Part shown: piece by piece, positions 12,411 through 26,700 of the stretch
Position numbering within the stretch: the first letter of the stretch is position 1
How the letters are laid out: each line of letters opens with the position of its first letter
Source of the DNA: Nitrospirales bacterium
Lineage (GTDB): Bacteria > Nitrospirota > Nitrospiria > Nitrospirales > UBA8639
NCBI GenBank assembly: GCA_965203295.1
Contig: CBDBCZ010000018.1
Coordinates: 1-64,000 of the forward strand
Reading direction: 5' to 3'
DNA length: 64,000 bases
Program-made: the position numbers and the translations under genes
The notes under the pieces: generated by a model
What the model was told of the DNA's origin: nothing
What the model saw: only the letters and a program-made list of their open reading frames with translations
The model's database searches: none

Positions 12411-15400
12411 ATGGCAGAAAGGAAGGGCACTTTGGGTAGTACGCCGTCCCGTCCGATTACCAAGCGCGTGCGAGGGACACCAACTGGAAACACTCCACAG
12501 CAACCCAAGAAGCGGTCTTCTGTCCGTGGGCCTCATGCTGCTGCTAGCAGAGCTCCAGTACCTAGGCGGCAGCTGTCTTTCAGTGGTGGGGAGTCCACTA
12601 CAGCTAGGCAAAGTAAGCTTACAGGCAAGGTGAAAGTCCAAGAGTGGACCGTGGAGGAAGAAATGGCTCTTGTGGACTTCGTTCACTCCCATGGTAATAG
12701 CTGGCCAAGCACTAAGCTGCCACAGTTCTGGGAAAGAGTGGCAAAACATCTGGAGCAGACATGCAACACACAGAGAACCAGTAAGTGCATATAGTGTGTA
12801 TGTTGCTTTGGGCCCTTCACTATTCAGCCCGTATGGATAAGCTCCAATATAGCACACAAAGAGGGAAGCTAAAAAATCATCACTCTACTATCTATGGCTA
12901 AATTGTCTGTTGTTCCATGAGCTATTATATTCATTTATATTTCCGTAAGTAATTAAAAAGCTATTAAAGTCACTATATCACTTGCTTACATGTATATAAT
13001 AGGTGGGGCTTGCCGTTGCAAGGTGACTATTAAACTACAGAAGCAATTCGCCACACCCAAGGATGCTGTAGAACATTTCCGCCGTCTTGAGGAGCCACAA
13101 CCACTAGAACGTCCACAGCCTCAGTCTGCTACTCAGTTCTCTCAGGTGTCCCACCCTTCGGCCACCCAGCCACCGACGCACCCCCTCCCTCCCCAACAAG
13201 AGCCTCCTGAGATGGTGCAGCATCAAGCCGCTTTACAAGTAGCAGAGGTTCCGTCCTTGCAAACTCCATCCCACCTTTCAGCCACCCAACCACCGATGCA
13301 CCCTCTCTCTCCCCAACAAGAGCCTCCTGAGATGGTACGGGCACTGAATCAAGAGTTACTGCAACTCCATCTGCAACAGTTACTAGCATCTCAACGACTG
13401 CCAGTAAGTGCACAGCAGCAAGCGCCCCCACCTCTTCACACCCTTCTTCAAAATCTTCAGTTGCTGAGACTAGATCAGCCAGAAGAACATGCATACTCCC
13501 CGTTGCAAGTTCTTAGACATGATAGTTTGGAAGATTTTGAAAGGCGTTTTAGAAGTTTGCCAGACGAAGACCAGTTGAAGTTTCTCGGCGAACTTTTTTC
13601 TGGCTACTGCACCCGAAACCACGGTTTCCACATTCCAGCTGACTACTTGGAGTTATCTATCCGAGGAATGCTGCACCTAGAGAAGGGTGGTCGTAGTAAC
13701 ATCCTGTATGGGCTTGCAAGTGGATTAGGGAGTGTTCGGGAGGATGGATCTTCTCGCTTTCCTGTAGACAGGATGCCAATGGGGCTGCTACAGTACATGG
13801 TGGATTTCTTTAACTGCCATTCTATCCAGCAGGTGAGCAGTTTATCTCATGTTTCAGTATGCAACCATTACATATGTAACTACCATCTGCTTTTAGATAA
13901 CCTGCCCTCCTGACTATCGATTGTGGCAGCAGACCATGTACTCCTTGTTTGGTGGGAAATGGTGTCGCCTCCAGTGTGGGCCGATGTGGAGTGTTGAGGC
14001 TACTGAACAAGGTGGTGGGACAGTGCACCACAGCCGGAATCCACTTGAGGTATGAATACTAGGTAAATGTAGGCATTGGTTGAGCAATGTATGCAGCATC
14101 TTTACTTGTATTCTCATTAGTGTACTTGTTTATGCAGGCTCGGGTCAACATTCCTAGCATATCTGCTCGGACTCTGCGACGTGACATTGCTGGAAGTGCC
14201 TTTTCAACTGGTGCTGAGATACAGGTGAGTTTGGATTTATTCCATGCATACATCACAAATGCATTATGTTTAATCCTGCTTTGTTTTACATAGACTGTGC
14301 CTCTTGATGAAGCGAGCAGGGTACATCCAGATACTAACTGGTGGATCAAAGCTGATGGGGTTGATGTAGTGAGTGGCTTGGAGGAGTCAATGCGTCTGGA
14401 GTGGCATGGAGACATTGATCTTGCTGATGGTAAACTACAAAGGCAGTACCAAGCATACAGAGATCGACTGAAGTTTGTTGGAGGGATTTGCCGAAATCTG
14501 TTGAATGCAACTCAGAGGCACCAAACAGTACTGGATCTAAAACGTGCCATTCAGGATATGGTAGATGACCTCACCTTTGTATCAAGTGGTATGTACACCT
14601 TAAGTTAAGACAGTATTCTGTTTGGCTATAGCTGTTAACGCCTAACTTCATAATGAATTCCAGTAACTATCACTTTTTGTGTTGAACATGTGAACATTGT
14701 TGTTAGGGTCAAAACAGAAACCTTTCTCTTTTGTCTCAACACCACAGCACTCCAAACAGCGAATGATGACTATTCCACCAAGCTTGCTTCAGGAAGCAGC
14801 ACTGAGAAGAATCTCTTCAATCTGGGATGGACTGTTGATGAGCTCTCCCGTCTGAGTAAGAGTGGCCGCACTGTACTGGTGGAGATTAGAGCCTTGGTAG
14901 AGCTGCTTGGAGATGTGAGTACTGATGTGGTGGAGTTCAATGCTGCACGAAGGCTTTCAGCTCTTCAAGATAATCTCATAACCTTCATCAAAGGTTGGTA
15001 TTCCATAATGTGAATGTAGTTCACTCCAGGTATTGTTCAATTCTTCCATTTCATGCAGCATTGTCTAGGCAGAAGCGTACAGCAGCCACTCATCTGTTTG
15101 TTGTGATGATTAGTCCTGAAGAACGCCAGAAAAAGCCATATGCCTTACCTATCCAGTGCATTCCATACACTGGACTCACTGAAAAAGTGGCTCGGAACAT
15201 TGTGAACGAAGTTCTCAAAGAAATGCGTGACAGAGGAATGCAAGCGACTGGTAATTATGCCTGTTCATTGTTTACGTTTCAAAGGCTTACTATATCCCGT
15301 TTTCCGACAGGATTTGTATCTAACGGTGAATACAACAGCATGAGAGTGAAGGGGTACACAAGACCCCTCTCAGTGTTGAAGATCCGGTCAGACAGTCGGG

Positions 15401-16962
15401 CAAAGTATTCTAGTATGGGAAAGAAGATGCTTGCAATGCTGTCTCCCATCTGTAAGTAGACTGAATTTGATTAAACTGCTACACTACACAACTACACTTG
15501 TTCTGTAGGTTCTACCGATGGCTCAGTTATAGCCAAAGAAAAAAATCCAGCAGTTCCCCCCGAGCTTATGGGAGAAATTTTCCAGTGGACAGAAGCAGGT
15601 GCTGCAGAGGATGATGTCATTGAGAGGCTACGGCTGAGGACTGTCCCTCCTGGATTCACCCCATATCTCTGGAACGGAAGCCACCCTGGTTAGGATTGGT
15701 GCAGTTCACAATCACAATTTTCACTTTATACTGTACATTATTTTATTATGTTGGTAGACGATGAAGAGTCAGTACCTGAGAAGAGAGAGGAAAAACTGAA
15801 GTCTATTTTAGCCCAACTAGAATACACATACCGTGTACGAAGCTGGGATGAAAAGGGTGTCCCATTCTGTGCTTTCGTATATGTCCCTGAGATGCACCCA
15901 GTAACTGGAGCACCATTCCATGAACGTGAAGACGAAGGCCATGTGCTGAAGGTACTTCAGATTCTTGGCAATTTACTCTTAATATTAGAATACATGTACT
16001 TTTTTTTATATCAAACAGAGGATTGCCAGTAGCACCAGAGCTGGTGGTCCCAAGGAGCTTCGGCTGGAGAGGTTTGCAGAGGCTCTACAAGATCCATCCT
16101 CTGGTCTTACATTTCCAGCTTTTACTGGGCAGCGGAAGCAGTCCATTAGGGATGCCGAGCTCCTCCTAAGCCAGAATATGGTGGCCTATATGCAAAAGAA
16201 GGGCTACACATTCGAGGCAGAGTACATCCAGGTAAAAAAGAGGGTTGTCACAACTCCAACGGTGTCGCTACAACTATCAACTTCTACAATACCTGCTTGA
16301 TGATTTGATGCCGTGGCACCGGCAGAAGTATGATCTCAGCCTGCTGGAAGTGAACAGGTATGTATGTGTGGATGTGCACGTGTCCTTATAGTATAGTTAA
16401 TAATAGTTTGTTTGATGTTGTATTTAGGGCTCTTCATGGTGTCCGCGGTCTAACTAGCGAAACTCTTGTAGCTCTCACAACCAATATTGAGAGCAGGGAA
16501 TGGAGACGGAGAGAGCTCGCAAGTGCAGGGACACATCCTGAACATCCGAGAGCCAGCTCTACTGATGATGTGGAGTGCTTCTTTAGTGTGATGCGGGACA
16601 TGGTGGGAAAGCACTTCACTCTAAGAGAAGCTCAGTATGGCTGGAGGGAGGCATGCATCGAATTTGGCAAGCGTCTGGACCCTGAACTGCCATTTTTCTA
16701 CCACACATCATCTCATGATCGATTTTATGAGGGTTCTCGTCCTGATTTTGACTCAGTTCACCCTTTCGATACCTCCAAACGGAATCCTCGGCATCAGCGA
16801 GTCCGCCGGAGAGAACAGCCAGGTCATCTAGCTGCGGGACGAGCTACATTTGCAGTCCCTGGTGCACGCTCAACTAGGACCAAGTTTCACAATGTCCCTC
16901 TGGAACTACCACCACCCCCCATGAGTGCACAACACCACTTGTTTGAACATTCATATGTTTAA
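12411..16962 (+). CDS. Multi-exon (~13) divergent P-element/THAP9-like transposase with an N-terminal Myb/SANT-like domain; probably damaged
   Basis: WTVEEEMALVDFV...WERVAKHL (SANT-like). WWIKADG, GFVSNG, EDEGHVLK|RIASS (cf. P-element D-x2-H-x2-K), RKQSIRDAELLLS and STDDVECFFSVMR (cf. QDxLExxFxxxR). Apparent deletion or frameshift near 16235. Confidence 0.7.
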
Positions 16963-17017
16963 CCTTTATTCTTTTGTGTACACATACAATCATGCACTGT
17001 GTGATAAACAAGGATCA

Positions 17018-18031
17018 TTAAGTACTACTTGCTGATATCACAGACTGTGGCCAGTCTCCACTCTTGGTAATGTTTATTCCAGCAAAGAAACCTGGTCCTG
17101 ATCTTGTCCATTCAGCTATGTATCGTATCCAAGCAAATTTGACACAAAGAATCTTGTTACATTCGATTGCTTCATGGACCACTTCTAATACTTCCCTAAC
17201 CAGGTAGCCAATCCGATTCCAGGTGCCATCAACGTTGCAGATGACTGCTATTGCTCTCGAGTCCTTCGGGTTCTCTGGTTCAGGCGATATTTTAACTGGA
17301 ACATCAATTCTCATTGCATGCAGATCCTTTGCTCGTCGCAGCACTTCCTGGTATCTATGCTCCCGCATTACTCCAATACATTTGAAAGTAACAGTGTGGG
17401 TTACTGCTGGAATGGTGTCACTGTCATCGTCGCTTTCACTACTCCCATATTCACCAGTTTTAATGATGGTGCGGTCGTTTGTAGCTCCAGTAGTATCAGC
17501 GTCACAGTTTACATCGCTGTCTCTGTTTTCACCATCAGCATCTGAGTCGCCATCATTCTCCCCTGGCACAAGCCAGTCATAGTCCCACACTACAAATACA
17601 CCTCCAGGTGAAAGTACCATCTTATTCAGACAGATTTCATTTGCAAACTCCACTGGCTGAGTGAAAAAAAAAAGAGATTAAATCTCACACTGAGTTAGCT
17701 AATAACTAAGCAGACTTTTCCGATTAAAACTTACATCAACAAAACAGGCATTTGTAACAGCTGCAGTAGCTGGCACAACATCACAAATGGATGCATCTTC
17801 CTGCATGAATATGTCATAGTCACAGTAGCTCTTGGTCTTTGGATTCCACCACCGAATTTTTACATGACGGAGCTCCACGATAAGGCAACTAAAACTGGGG
17901 ATATTATATCGATAGTGCTTCCCCGCCCAGACAACATCTATTATGTGTATCTCCGACTCCACCTCGGGTGTTTTTGGCCGCGGAGACCCGCTACTACATT
18001 CGCTGTCGAAACTACACGCAACTCCACTCAT
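17018..18031 (-). CDS. HIRAN-domain protein, two exons (18031-17735 and 17656-17018), 311 aa, intact
   Basis: In-frame phase-0 GT-AG join FVD|PVEF. HTVTFKCIG...VKISPEPENPKDSRAIAV...WNRIGYL matches the HIRAN L-x-x-EP-x-N-x-x-D-x-x-AI...IGY pattern. Confidence 0.78.
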
Positions 18032-18663
18032 TCTGCAAAGAGCACAACTCACGCACGTTTTGCAATAACTTTTAATAACCGTCCACTCATCACATGATAC
18101 ATTTTCAATAATTGCGTGATGACGTATACCGTGGCCAACCTCCTCTGGACTGGATTACTATCAAGGTCATCCTATGGTACCGACTCTCAGGGTTTTGCAA
18201 ACAAAGTTTATCCCAGATTCAACCTCAGCATCATCAACCCTACATCAAAAGAGAGTACGTACTCTTCCAATAGTAAATATTAAATTACTTTCTCAATTGG
18301 CTTCAACACTTTTTTCCTAAGAGCATTTAAACGCCTTCTTCGCCAAAAAAATTGCTCGGTCATACAAAAAAATTGTATCAAAATGTTCCTCTCATCATCA
18401 GCAGTCCAAATGTATCACTTGTCATCTAAATTAGGTTTGAAATTTTACTAGATCCCAGCATCATCAACCCCTCATTTTTGTAGAGCACTTACTTGGCCAA
18501 TGATGACTATTGGTCTGTTTTTCTTATTAAACGTTGCTCCTTTTTCCCACGCATGTTTTAACGCCTTCTTCACCAAAAAAATGCTCGGCAAAAGAAAAAA
18601 TGCTTACGATAAGGTTGCCTTCACTGCCAGCATTCCAAATCTAAATTTTCATTTTTTTTGCAG

Positions 18664-18815
18664 CTCCACCCCTTCTTCACACCTATGCAAAATTTGGGAA
18701 ATGCATTCCAGAAGTGGGACAAAGCCATTCCTGAAGTATCAGATGATTTCGACGCAAGCTTTCTGAGAATAGGCCATTTGAAGTTTTCACAGTGTCACAA
18801 GACATCACCTGACCT
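18664..18815 (+). promoter_or_regulatory. Conserved non-coding block of the YR units, copy A
   Basis: Collinear with 32484-32636 and 57404-57556 (ctccRcc..ttYttcacacct...aaat...agtatYaga...YgacRc...tcacaWgaYatcWcMtga). Confidence 0.7.
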
Positions 18816-19166
18816 ACCTCATGGTTCTTTCTTTCCCAGTGCTCTGAAGCGGATGTTAAGTTAACTGTTGTTGAAGTTGTCTTTTTCTGCGATTTGGCGA
18901 GGTGTCGTATGTGTTCTTTGGATGTAAAGTGTTATTGAAGTGATTGTTGACAAGATTGAAGTGTTATTTTAGAAGTTGCGTGTTGAAAGTGATTGATATT
19001 GGTAAGTTTTGATCTCAAGTGGTGTCCACCATTTCTTTTATGTCCACCATAATATTATTATTGAAATATACTGCATATAGTGAGATAAACAGAAAGACTA
19101 CTTCCCATGTATCAATCTTGATATAATTTGGTGTGGGCGATGATTTTGATAACTAATTGTTATTAA

Positions 19167-22100
19167 CTCATTGCACGCCGTACGCCACTTAACTGGATAT
19201 TATGTAATCATTCCGCAACGCCACACGCCAGTATACTGGATATTGTACATCGCGAACGATCAGCTCGTTATAGCCACGAAAAAGGGACGCCCCTCTGGTT
19301 GAACGGTAATAATAGTTAAGTAATAATGATGTAAGAATAGCGAGAATAGCAGGAAAGCGCTAAAATTGCATGCAGCAAGCAGCTGTACGCGAACTAAAAT
19401 GGCTAGCTACAGTGCTGCTGAAGCGCTTGATTTGATCTTGGGGAGCACAGAAGATCTTGACTCTGGGGATGACTCAGACATCCAGGAGGACCCTCTCTTT
19501 CCACTGCCACGCCATGATGACTCCGGGGATGATTCAGAGGAGGATGGGGAGCAAACGGATGAATGTGAAGCAGAACCTGAAGAGGACGAAACAGAATCGG
19601 AGAACGAGCAAGATGCAGGTAGAATAAAAAATATATTACAAGCAGACAAAAATACAATACAGTAAGCCTCATCAACATATACAGGTTCAGTGATGCAGTC
19701 TGAAGACCACACTGTTTGTGGATCCTCCGGAGGCCACGAGACCGCTCGTGGAGGCCATGGAGCCCTTGGCGGCAGAGTTGGCCCCAGAGGACTTGGAGCC
19801 CTTGGCGGCAGAGTTGGCCCCAGAGGACTTGGAGCCCTTGGCGGCAGAGTTGGCCCCCGAGGATGTGGAGCCCTTGGCAGCTCCGGAGGCCGTGGAGCCC
19901 TTGGCGGCAGAGTTGGCCCCCGAGGATGTGGAGCCCTTGGCAGCTCCGGAGGCCGTGGAGCCCTTGGCGGCAGAGTTGGCCCCAGAGGGCGTGGAGCTCT
20001 TGGAGACCCCGGAGGCTATGGAGCTCTTCACGGCAGTGTTGGTCCCGAAGGATGTGGAACCCTTGAAGGCCCCAGAGACCGTGGAGCCCCCGGAGGGCGT
20101 GAGGCTCTTGGCGGCAGAGTAGGCCGAGGACGTCGAGGCAGCAGTGCTCACCGAGGACGGGGGAGTCGTGGTCGCGTTCGTGGTAGGGGCAGCAGTCGTA
20201 CAACAGCTCCAAGACGCCCTCGGGGTTTCATTCCCAGCACTCTCCCCTGGAAGAAACTCGACCCCAACAACGACCAGTCACCAAGTCCACTGGTGTTTAC
20301 ATCCCCAACTGGACCTAACGTCCCTCTGACCCCTACCTCTCGTGTCGAAGACTTCTTTGACCACTTCTTCGAGGAACCGATTCGAGGAGATCTTTTGGAT
20401 GCTCCATGTCAGCCACACCGAGCCAGGGCAACAGGTCCTCAAAGTGGACAAAGTCAACGCCCTTCTCCAGCTCCTGATCCGCAAGTTTCAGTCGAGCTAC
20501 AACCCTGGCCGCAACATCGCCATTGATGAAACCATGGTCGGCTTCAGAGGCCGTTTTGCTGCTAAGCAATATATGCCAAAGAAGCCGACAAAATGGGGGG
20601 TGAAGGCATTCACGATGGCTGACAGCTCCAACGGATACCTCCTGAACATCCTTCTCTACACCGGGCGAGAAACACTCCGAGAAGCAAGCCCGGAGTTCTC
20701 TGACCTGCCACAGCCTGCTCAGGTGGTGATGCATGTTGTCAGCCCCTACCTGGACCGTGGACATCACCTTTTCACGGACCGATACTACACCAGCGTCCCA
20801 CTAGCCCAAGCTCTCAGCAAGCACAACACCTCCTTCACGGGAACATCCAATAAGAACCGCGTTAACTTGCCAGATGAACTTAGTCAGATGAAGAGCATGA
20901 AGGGCGGCGAGATGGTCAGCTACCGCACCAACGACCTACTGGCTCTGGCATGGCAGGCAGAGAAGCGCAACAAGCCTGTCTACATGCTCAGCACCGAATC
21001 GTCTGCCAAGTGGGAAACAATCCGACCACAGAACGCCTACAACCCTCCCACACAAAAGCCATCCGCTGTACATTTGTACAACCACAACATGAATGGGGTT
21101 GACAGGGCAGATCAGCTGGCAGTGTATTATTCCTTTGAGAGGAAGACCCGCAAATGGTGGAGGAAAGTCTTCTTTTGGATGATGGAGTCCACCATAGTGA
21201 ATAGTTTCATTATCTACAAGGAAGTAGTGGCTGACCCTTCCTCTCACCTCTCATATCGCCGAAGAGTCATCGAGATTTTGGCCACCAGATGCATTACTAG
21301 TGCACCTCCTCGCCCTCGCGCTGGCCGTCCATGCAAGCGGCCCCGTCTAGAAGACACTCCCGAGCGCCTCAACCAGCACCTGCATGTCATGGGCAAGAGA
21401 GAGCAGCTGAGAGACTGTACTGTGTGCAGCATACAAGTTGTGGGAGCCAGGCACAGAACTGTTTACTATTGCAAGACGTGTCCCGACAACCCAACCCTGC
21501 ATCCAGACACATGCTTTGAGCGATACCACACCCGCCTTCATTATCAAGTGTAACGTAACGTACCTGATTTGTTGCTACATGTATGTTTGTTAGTGCTAAA
21601 GATTCTAGTTGTTGCTGTTATTGTACGCTGTATCTCCTAGTTACCACAATACTGATCTCTGCCAGCACATGGCATTAGACAAAATAATCTCATTTACAAA
21701 CCTCTTTTAGTACTTGCTACACCTAGGCTTCCCTACTTTACTTGAGCCCCGTGAAAAAAAATTAGTTACCGAGTTTTCTTGTGTATGCATCGGTGACAGC
21801 TAGACCTCTGAGTCCCAAGCTACAATAGAAAGTTAGTTTGGTTTACAAAACTACAAACTATTACCCCAAGAAGCTTAGTGGCAAATCTTCTCCGCCAAAA
21901 CTTTGACCTACCCATCAACCACCATATTGAACTTACCAGCGACGAAGAAATCTATTCAAAACAGCTCGCATCGATCCAATCCTCTCTTCTGTTCGGTCTG
22001 AATAGCAAGATGGTCATCTTCTTTCATGGACAGCGGCGAGAATATAACGTCTCCGGGCCTTGGGGAGCGACAAAACGGCCGCTTTCGAGCGCCTTCCACG

Positions 22101-22172
22101 ACGTACTCCATTTCTTTGAAAAATTGACGCGTGGGGGATCACGCGTGCTACGTAATTACGGCGTTCAATGAG
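19167..22172 (+). mobile_element. piggyBac transposon 2, internally deleted
   Basis: TTAA at 19163-19166 and 22173-22176. TIRs CTCATTGCACGCCG / CGGCGTTCAATGAG. Splits one copy of an AT-rich tandem duplication (19080-22625). Confidence 0.95.
19399..21553 (+). pseudogene. piggyBac transposase with RGG-type tandem repeats; frameshifting deletion near 20372
   Basis: AIDETMVGFRGR, TDRYYT, MNGVDRADQ and a Cys-rich tail. FFDHFF is joined out of frame to RNRFEEIF; the ETNRYA...LSR segment is missing. Confidence 0.9.
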
Positions 22173-23747
22173 TTAAATAAAAATTAATTAATTTAACTAA
22201 CCACATCCTTGAAGAACCAATTTCGGAAGATACTGCATGTAAATGTGGAAATTATTACTTATAAATAATTTGTATTAATTTTAATTACCACTAAGTAGCT
22301 AAATCAATAATAAAATGTTTGCACCCGAAATATCACCTTGTTCATTTCCACATTTTTTGTGAGATAAACAAAAAGATTACTTCCCATGTATCAATCTTGA
22401 TATAATTTTGTGTGGGCAATAATTTTAATTAACCAATTAATAATAAAAAAATTATTAATTTAAATAACCACATTCTTAAAGAACAAATCTCGGAAGATAG
22501 TGTATGCAAATGTGGAAATTATTAATTACAAATAATTTGTATTAATTTTAATTACCACTAAGTAGCTAAATCAATAATAAAATGTTCGTACCCGAAATAT
22601 CACCTTGTTCTTTTCCACATTTTTTGTAAACATTCTTGTTTCTGGATCAGTTGAAGTTGTTTATTACGAGTTACGTGTTTAAGGTGATTCTTACTGGTAA
22701 ACTCTACCTGTTTTCCTAATCTCCAGAGATTATTGTGAGCAGTTTGGAGGTATATCAGTAAGCAGCAGTGCCACTTCTATCAGGGCGCTTATGACAAAAT
22801 GTTTAATGGCTAAAATAGCCACAGCTAGAAGCAGTCTCAGGTTTTTAAGCTACAGTGACAGCTATCTCAGTTGAACACTTGCCTCACTATAGTTTGTATT
22901 GGAGTATACCTCACAGATATTCTGTTTTTCAGGTGTGATGGCCAGGAAGATGCAGGAGTGAGTCTTAACTGATTGCTTCATTGTCTCCTGGAAGTAATTT
23001 ATTCTTCCAAAACAGGATTGAGCTTGTTGACGAAGATGAGGTGTACCGCTTCCAAATGAACCTGGTGGTTGCCATTGGGCAACACCTGTACCTCAAGGCG
23101 ATTAGTCTCGGCATTGACATCGGGGGCCGAGCAATTTACTTTCAAGATCAATTGGTAGGTTGGATGCTTACTTTCAATAGACAGAGTGTCATACACCAAA
23201 CCTTGCAGGTGTCCCACCTCGGATGATGTGAGCCAGGCACCCAGTGCACAAGGGGAAGGGGAAGGCTACCAAGCCTGCGCAGAAGCCCCCTTCCACACCC
23301 AAGCGGCCTTCCACGACCGAGGTAAGCGAGCAACTGCCAGCAGCAGTGGAAGCCATGGATGAGCCGCAGAACCTCACAAGTAAAGTCAGCCAGGCATCAG
23401 TGGGCAAAGGTAGCCACTCCTCCCCACGCAAGGGGAAGGGGAAGGCTACCAAGCCTGCTCACAAGGGCAGAAGGAAGCCCCCTGCACCCAAGAAGCGGCA
23501 TTCCCGCATGTGCCCGATTGGGGGGTGCAGGTCTGAGCTCGTTGCAATAGTCAAGCTATCCCAGCACATCAAAGACATCCACCCGGAGATCGGTGAGACA
23601 GAGAGGCTAAACCTCGTAAGAGCTTGTCAGATTGTGCCTGCTGGTACTACACGTGTGCGCCCCGTCAAAAAGCAGAAAACCATGCTGGCCTTTTTCAAGC
23701 CTGCAGGGGAACGCGCTGATGGCAGTAACAGCAGCTCCGAGGAAGCC

Positions 23748-26700
23748 TGTAATATCCTGGACATTCTTCTACTTTACACTGATTCACATCTCTAACTGTT
23801 AGTAGTTGTTAATGTAATCAGGACACGCTTTAGATTTATTACTGTATAGTGCTAATAGTGTTATGACCATTTTTGGTTCCTTATACCTTGCACATTTCCT
23901 TTTCCCTTACTGCTATAAAGTGTAGTGCTGTTTAGTATTTGTCAGTTGTTGTTCTTGTAGTATCAATTGTCTATTTCATGGTCTATTGTCGCACTATCCA
24001 GTTTGGCTATCGCATGCGCAGCGATACTATATCTGGCGACGAGGATTTTCCGAGACCTCGCAAGCACTAATGGCAACTCAGTACGGACGACTCCGGGAAT
24101 TCCACCCAGAGACCGATACTATCAAGGCCTACCTTGAGCGTGTAGAGCTATTTTGCAGCCAATGAAGTCGCCGAAGACAAGCGAGTTCCTATCCTGTTGA
24201 GCTCGATCGGACCTTTGACATATGCGCTTCTCAGTGACTTAACCGCACCGGCCTCTCCTGGCAGCAAGACTCTTCTGCAAATTGGAGATCTTCTCCGCGG
24301 ACATTACGAACCAAAGAGATCTGTCATAGCAGAAAGATTCCATTTTCACAAACGGGAGCAAGCCGCTGGAGAGACCATTAAGGATTTTGAGGCCTCGCTC
24401 AGACGACTCGCCACTCACTGCGAGTTTGGCGCAACACTTGAAGACACGCTCCGAGATCGTTTCGTCTGTGGACTACGCCACGAGACCATCCAGCGACGCC
24501 TCTTATCGGAGAAGGACCTTACTTACGCCAAGGCGCTGGACCTCGCGCGCGCCATGGAATCCGCAGACTCACAAACGAAAGCTTTCAAATCCACAGAGCC
24601 TGCGATTCACCAGTTCACTCGCCTAGCGCCAAAGACGCAGACGAAAACCCCTTGCTATCGCTGTGGGCGCGGCCCTCATTCCCCGAACGAGTGCAAGTTT
24701 CGAGAGGCAACCTGCCACCAGTGTAAGAAGAAAGGCCACATCGCGCCGGTGTGCCGCTCGAAAGCCCGACAACAGCCTCTGACTCCCCAGACCAGGTCGA
24801 CTGGGGGCCACAAGCAGAAACACCGCCGAGCTCACCACGTCCACGAAGCAGTTTCGCCTTCAACGTCGGACACGGACGCCAGCAGTGGTGACGAATACCA
24901 CCTGCACAAATTGGACGAACGTTCCTCGCAACCTATCGCCGTCAAAGTTCTCGTAAATGAGCGACCTCTCACGATGGAGCTAGACACCGGAGCCGCGGTC
25001 TCCATCATTTCGGAGGAGACGCGCAAGGCACTCTTACCTGACGTGAAGCTGCGGAAGTCCACCCTCGTGTTGAAGACTTACACCGCAGAGCCAATGGAGG
25101 TGACGGGCCAACTGAACGTGAAGGTGGAGTATGGCAGCCAGAGGGAGAAGTTGGTGTTGATCGTAGTGAAAGGAAGGGGACCAAGCCTTTTCGGACGAAA
25201 CTGGCTGAAATACCTACGCTTGGATTGGAGTACGATCGCCCCCATTCATGCAGTTCGAGTGAAAACTCTGAATGCATTGCTGAACGAACACCAACCGCTG
25301 TTCGCTGAGGAACTGGGAAAAGTGGAGCCATACAGAGTGACCCTGCAAGTCCAGCCTGATGTCACGCCAAGGTTTTTCAAACCTCGCCCGGTTCCGTTTG
25401 CCATCCGAGATGCCGTTGGGAAGGAGTTGGATCGTCTGGAACGAGAAGGCACCATCGAGAAGGTGTCCTACAGTGATTGGGCAGCCCCCATTGTACCTGT
25501 GCCCAAGAAGGACGGCCGATTCAGGATATGTGGGGACTACAAGGTTACTATTAACCAAGCCCTCTCGGTGGAGCAGTATCCACTCCCCAAGCCGGAAGAC
25601 CTGTTCGCCACACTCGCCGGTGGACAGGCATTTTCCAAACTCGACCTCTCCCAAGCCTATCTCCAGGTGCAACTTGATGAGCAGACAAAGCCCTATCTCA
25701 CCGTGAACACCCACCAGGGCTTGTACCGGTACACGAGACTCCCCTTTGGTGTGGCGTCCGCCCCTGCCCTTTTCCAAAAGATGATGGACGCTGTCCTGCA
25801 GGGAATACCAGGGGTCATCTGCTATATCGACGACATCCTTGTCACAGGGAATGACGCAGAGAGCCATCTACAATCACTGAAAGAAGTGCTCATGCGACTG
25901 GAGAAGCATGGGTTCCGTCTCAAGCGAGACAAATGCGAATTCCTGCTGCCGACAGTTGAGTATCTTGGCCATCAGGTCAGCAAAGACGGCATTAAGCCAC
26001 TCCCCAGCAAGGTTGCAGCCATCAACCAAGCTCCAACGCCCAGAAACATCCAAGAGCTACGCTCCTTTTTAGGGCTACTCAACTATTATGGGAAATTCAT
26101 CCCCAACCTGTCCACACTCCTCCACCCGCTGAATGCACTTCTCCAGAACGACCATCCTTGGAAGTGGAGTGAGAAATGTTCCAAGGCCTTCCGCCTCGCA
26201 AAGGAGCACCTGACGTCAGCACAACTGCTCACACACTATGACCCATCTCTGCCCCTCACCTTGGCAGCAGATGCATCAGCCTATGGGATAGGAGCAGTTA
26301 TCTCCCACACATTTCCAGATGGTTCTGAGCGTCCCATCACTTTTGCCTCACGCACCCTCACCTCAAGCGAGAAGAATTACGCTCAACTCGAAAAGGAGGC
26401 GCTGTCATTGGTATTCGGAGTAAAAAAATGTCACCAATACCTGTACGGAAGACCGTTCACTCTAATCACGGATCATCAGCCCCTCACAACGATTCTGGGA
26501 CCCAAGAAGGGTATCCCTTCCTTGGCAGCGGCTCGACTTCAACGATGGGCCATTCTCCTTTCTGCCTACACGTACACCATCAAGTACAAGACATCACAGG
26601 CCCACAGCAACGCTGATGGACTATCTCGCCTACCTCTACCAGCACTCAACACCCGGCCCGGTAGTGAAGATAGCATCTTCAATATCTGCCAAGTTCAAGC

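Larger units (their letters stand above)
12168..18147 (+). mobile_element. 5980-bp TIR DNA transposon, P-element-like, with two convergent genes
   Basis: 9-bp TSD GACTGGATT at 12159-12167 and 18148-18156. TIRs CAGAGGAGGACGGCCAAGGT vs reverse complement CAGAGGAGGTTGGCCACGGT (17/20). The satellite unit continues on both sides. Confidence 0.92.

Noticed and set aside
19403..20212. Multiple overlapping long ORFs in the piggyBac repeat exons (also 50300-51045 and 49254-50360)
   Set aside because: Shadow frames of GC-rich tandem repeats or antisense to the transposase; splice phase supports only the RG-rich frame.
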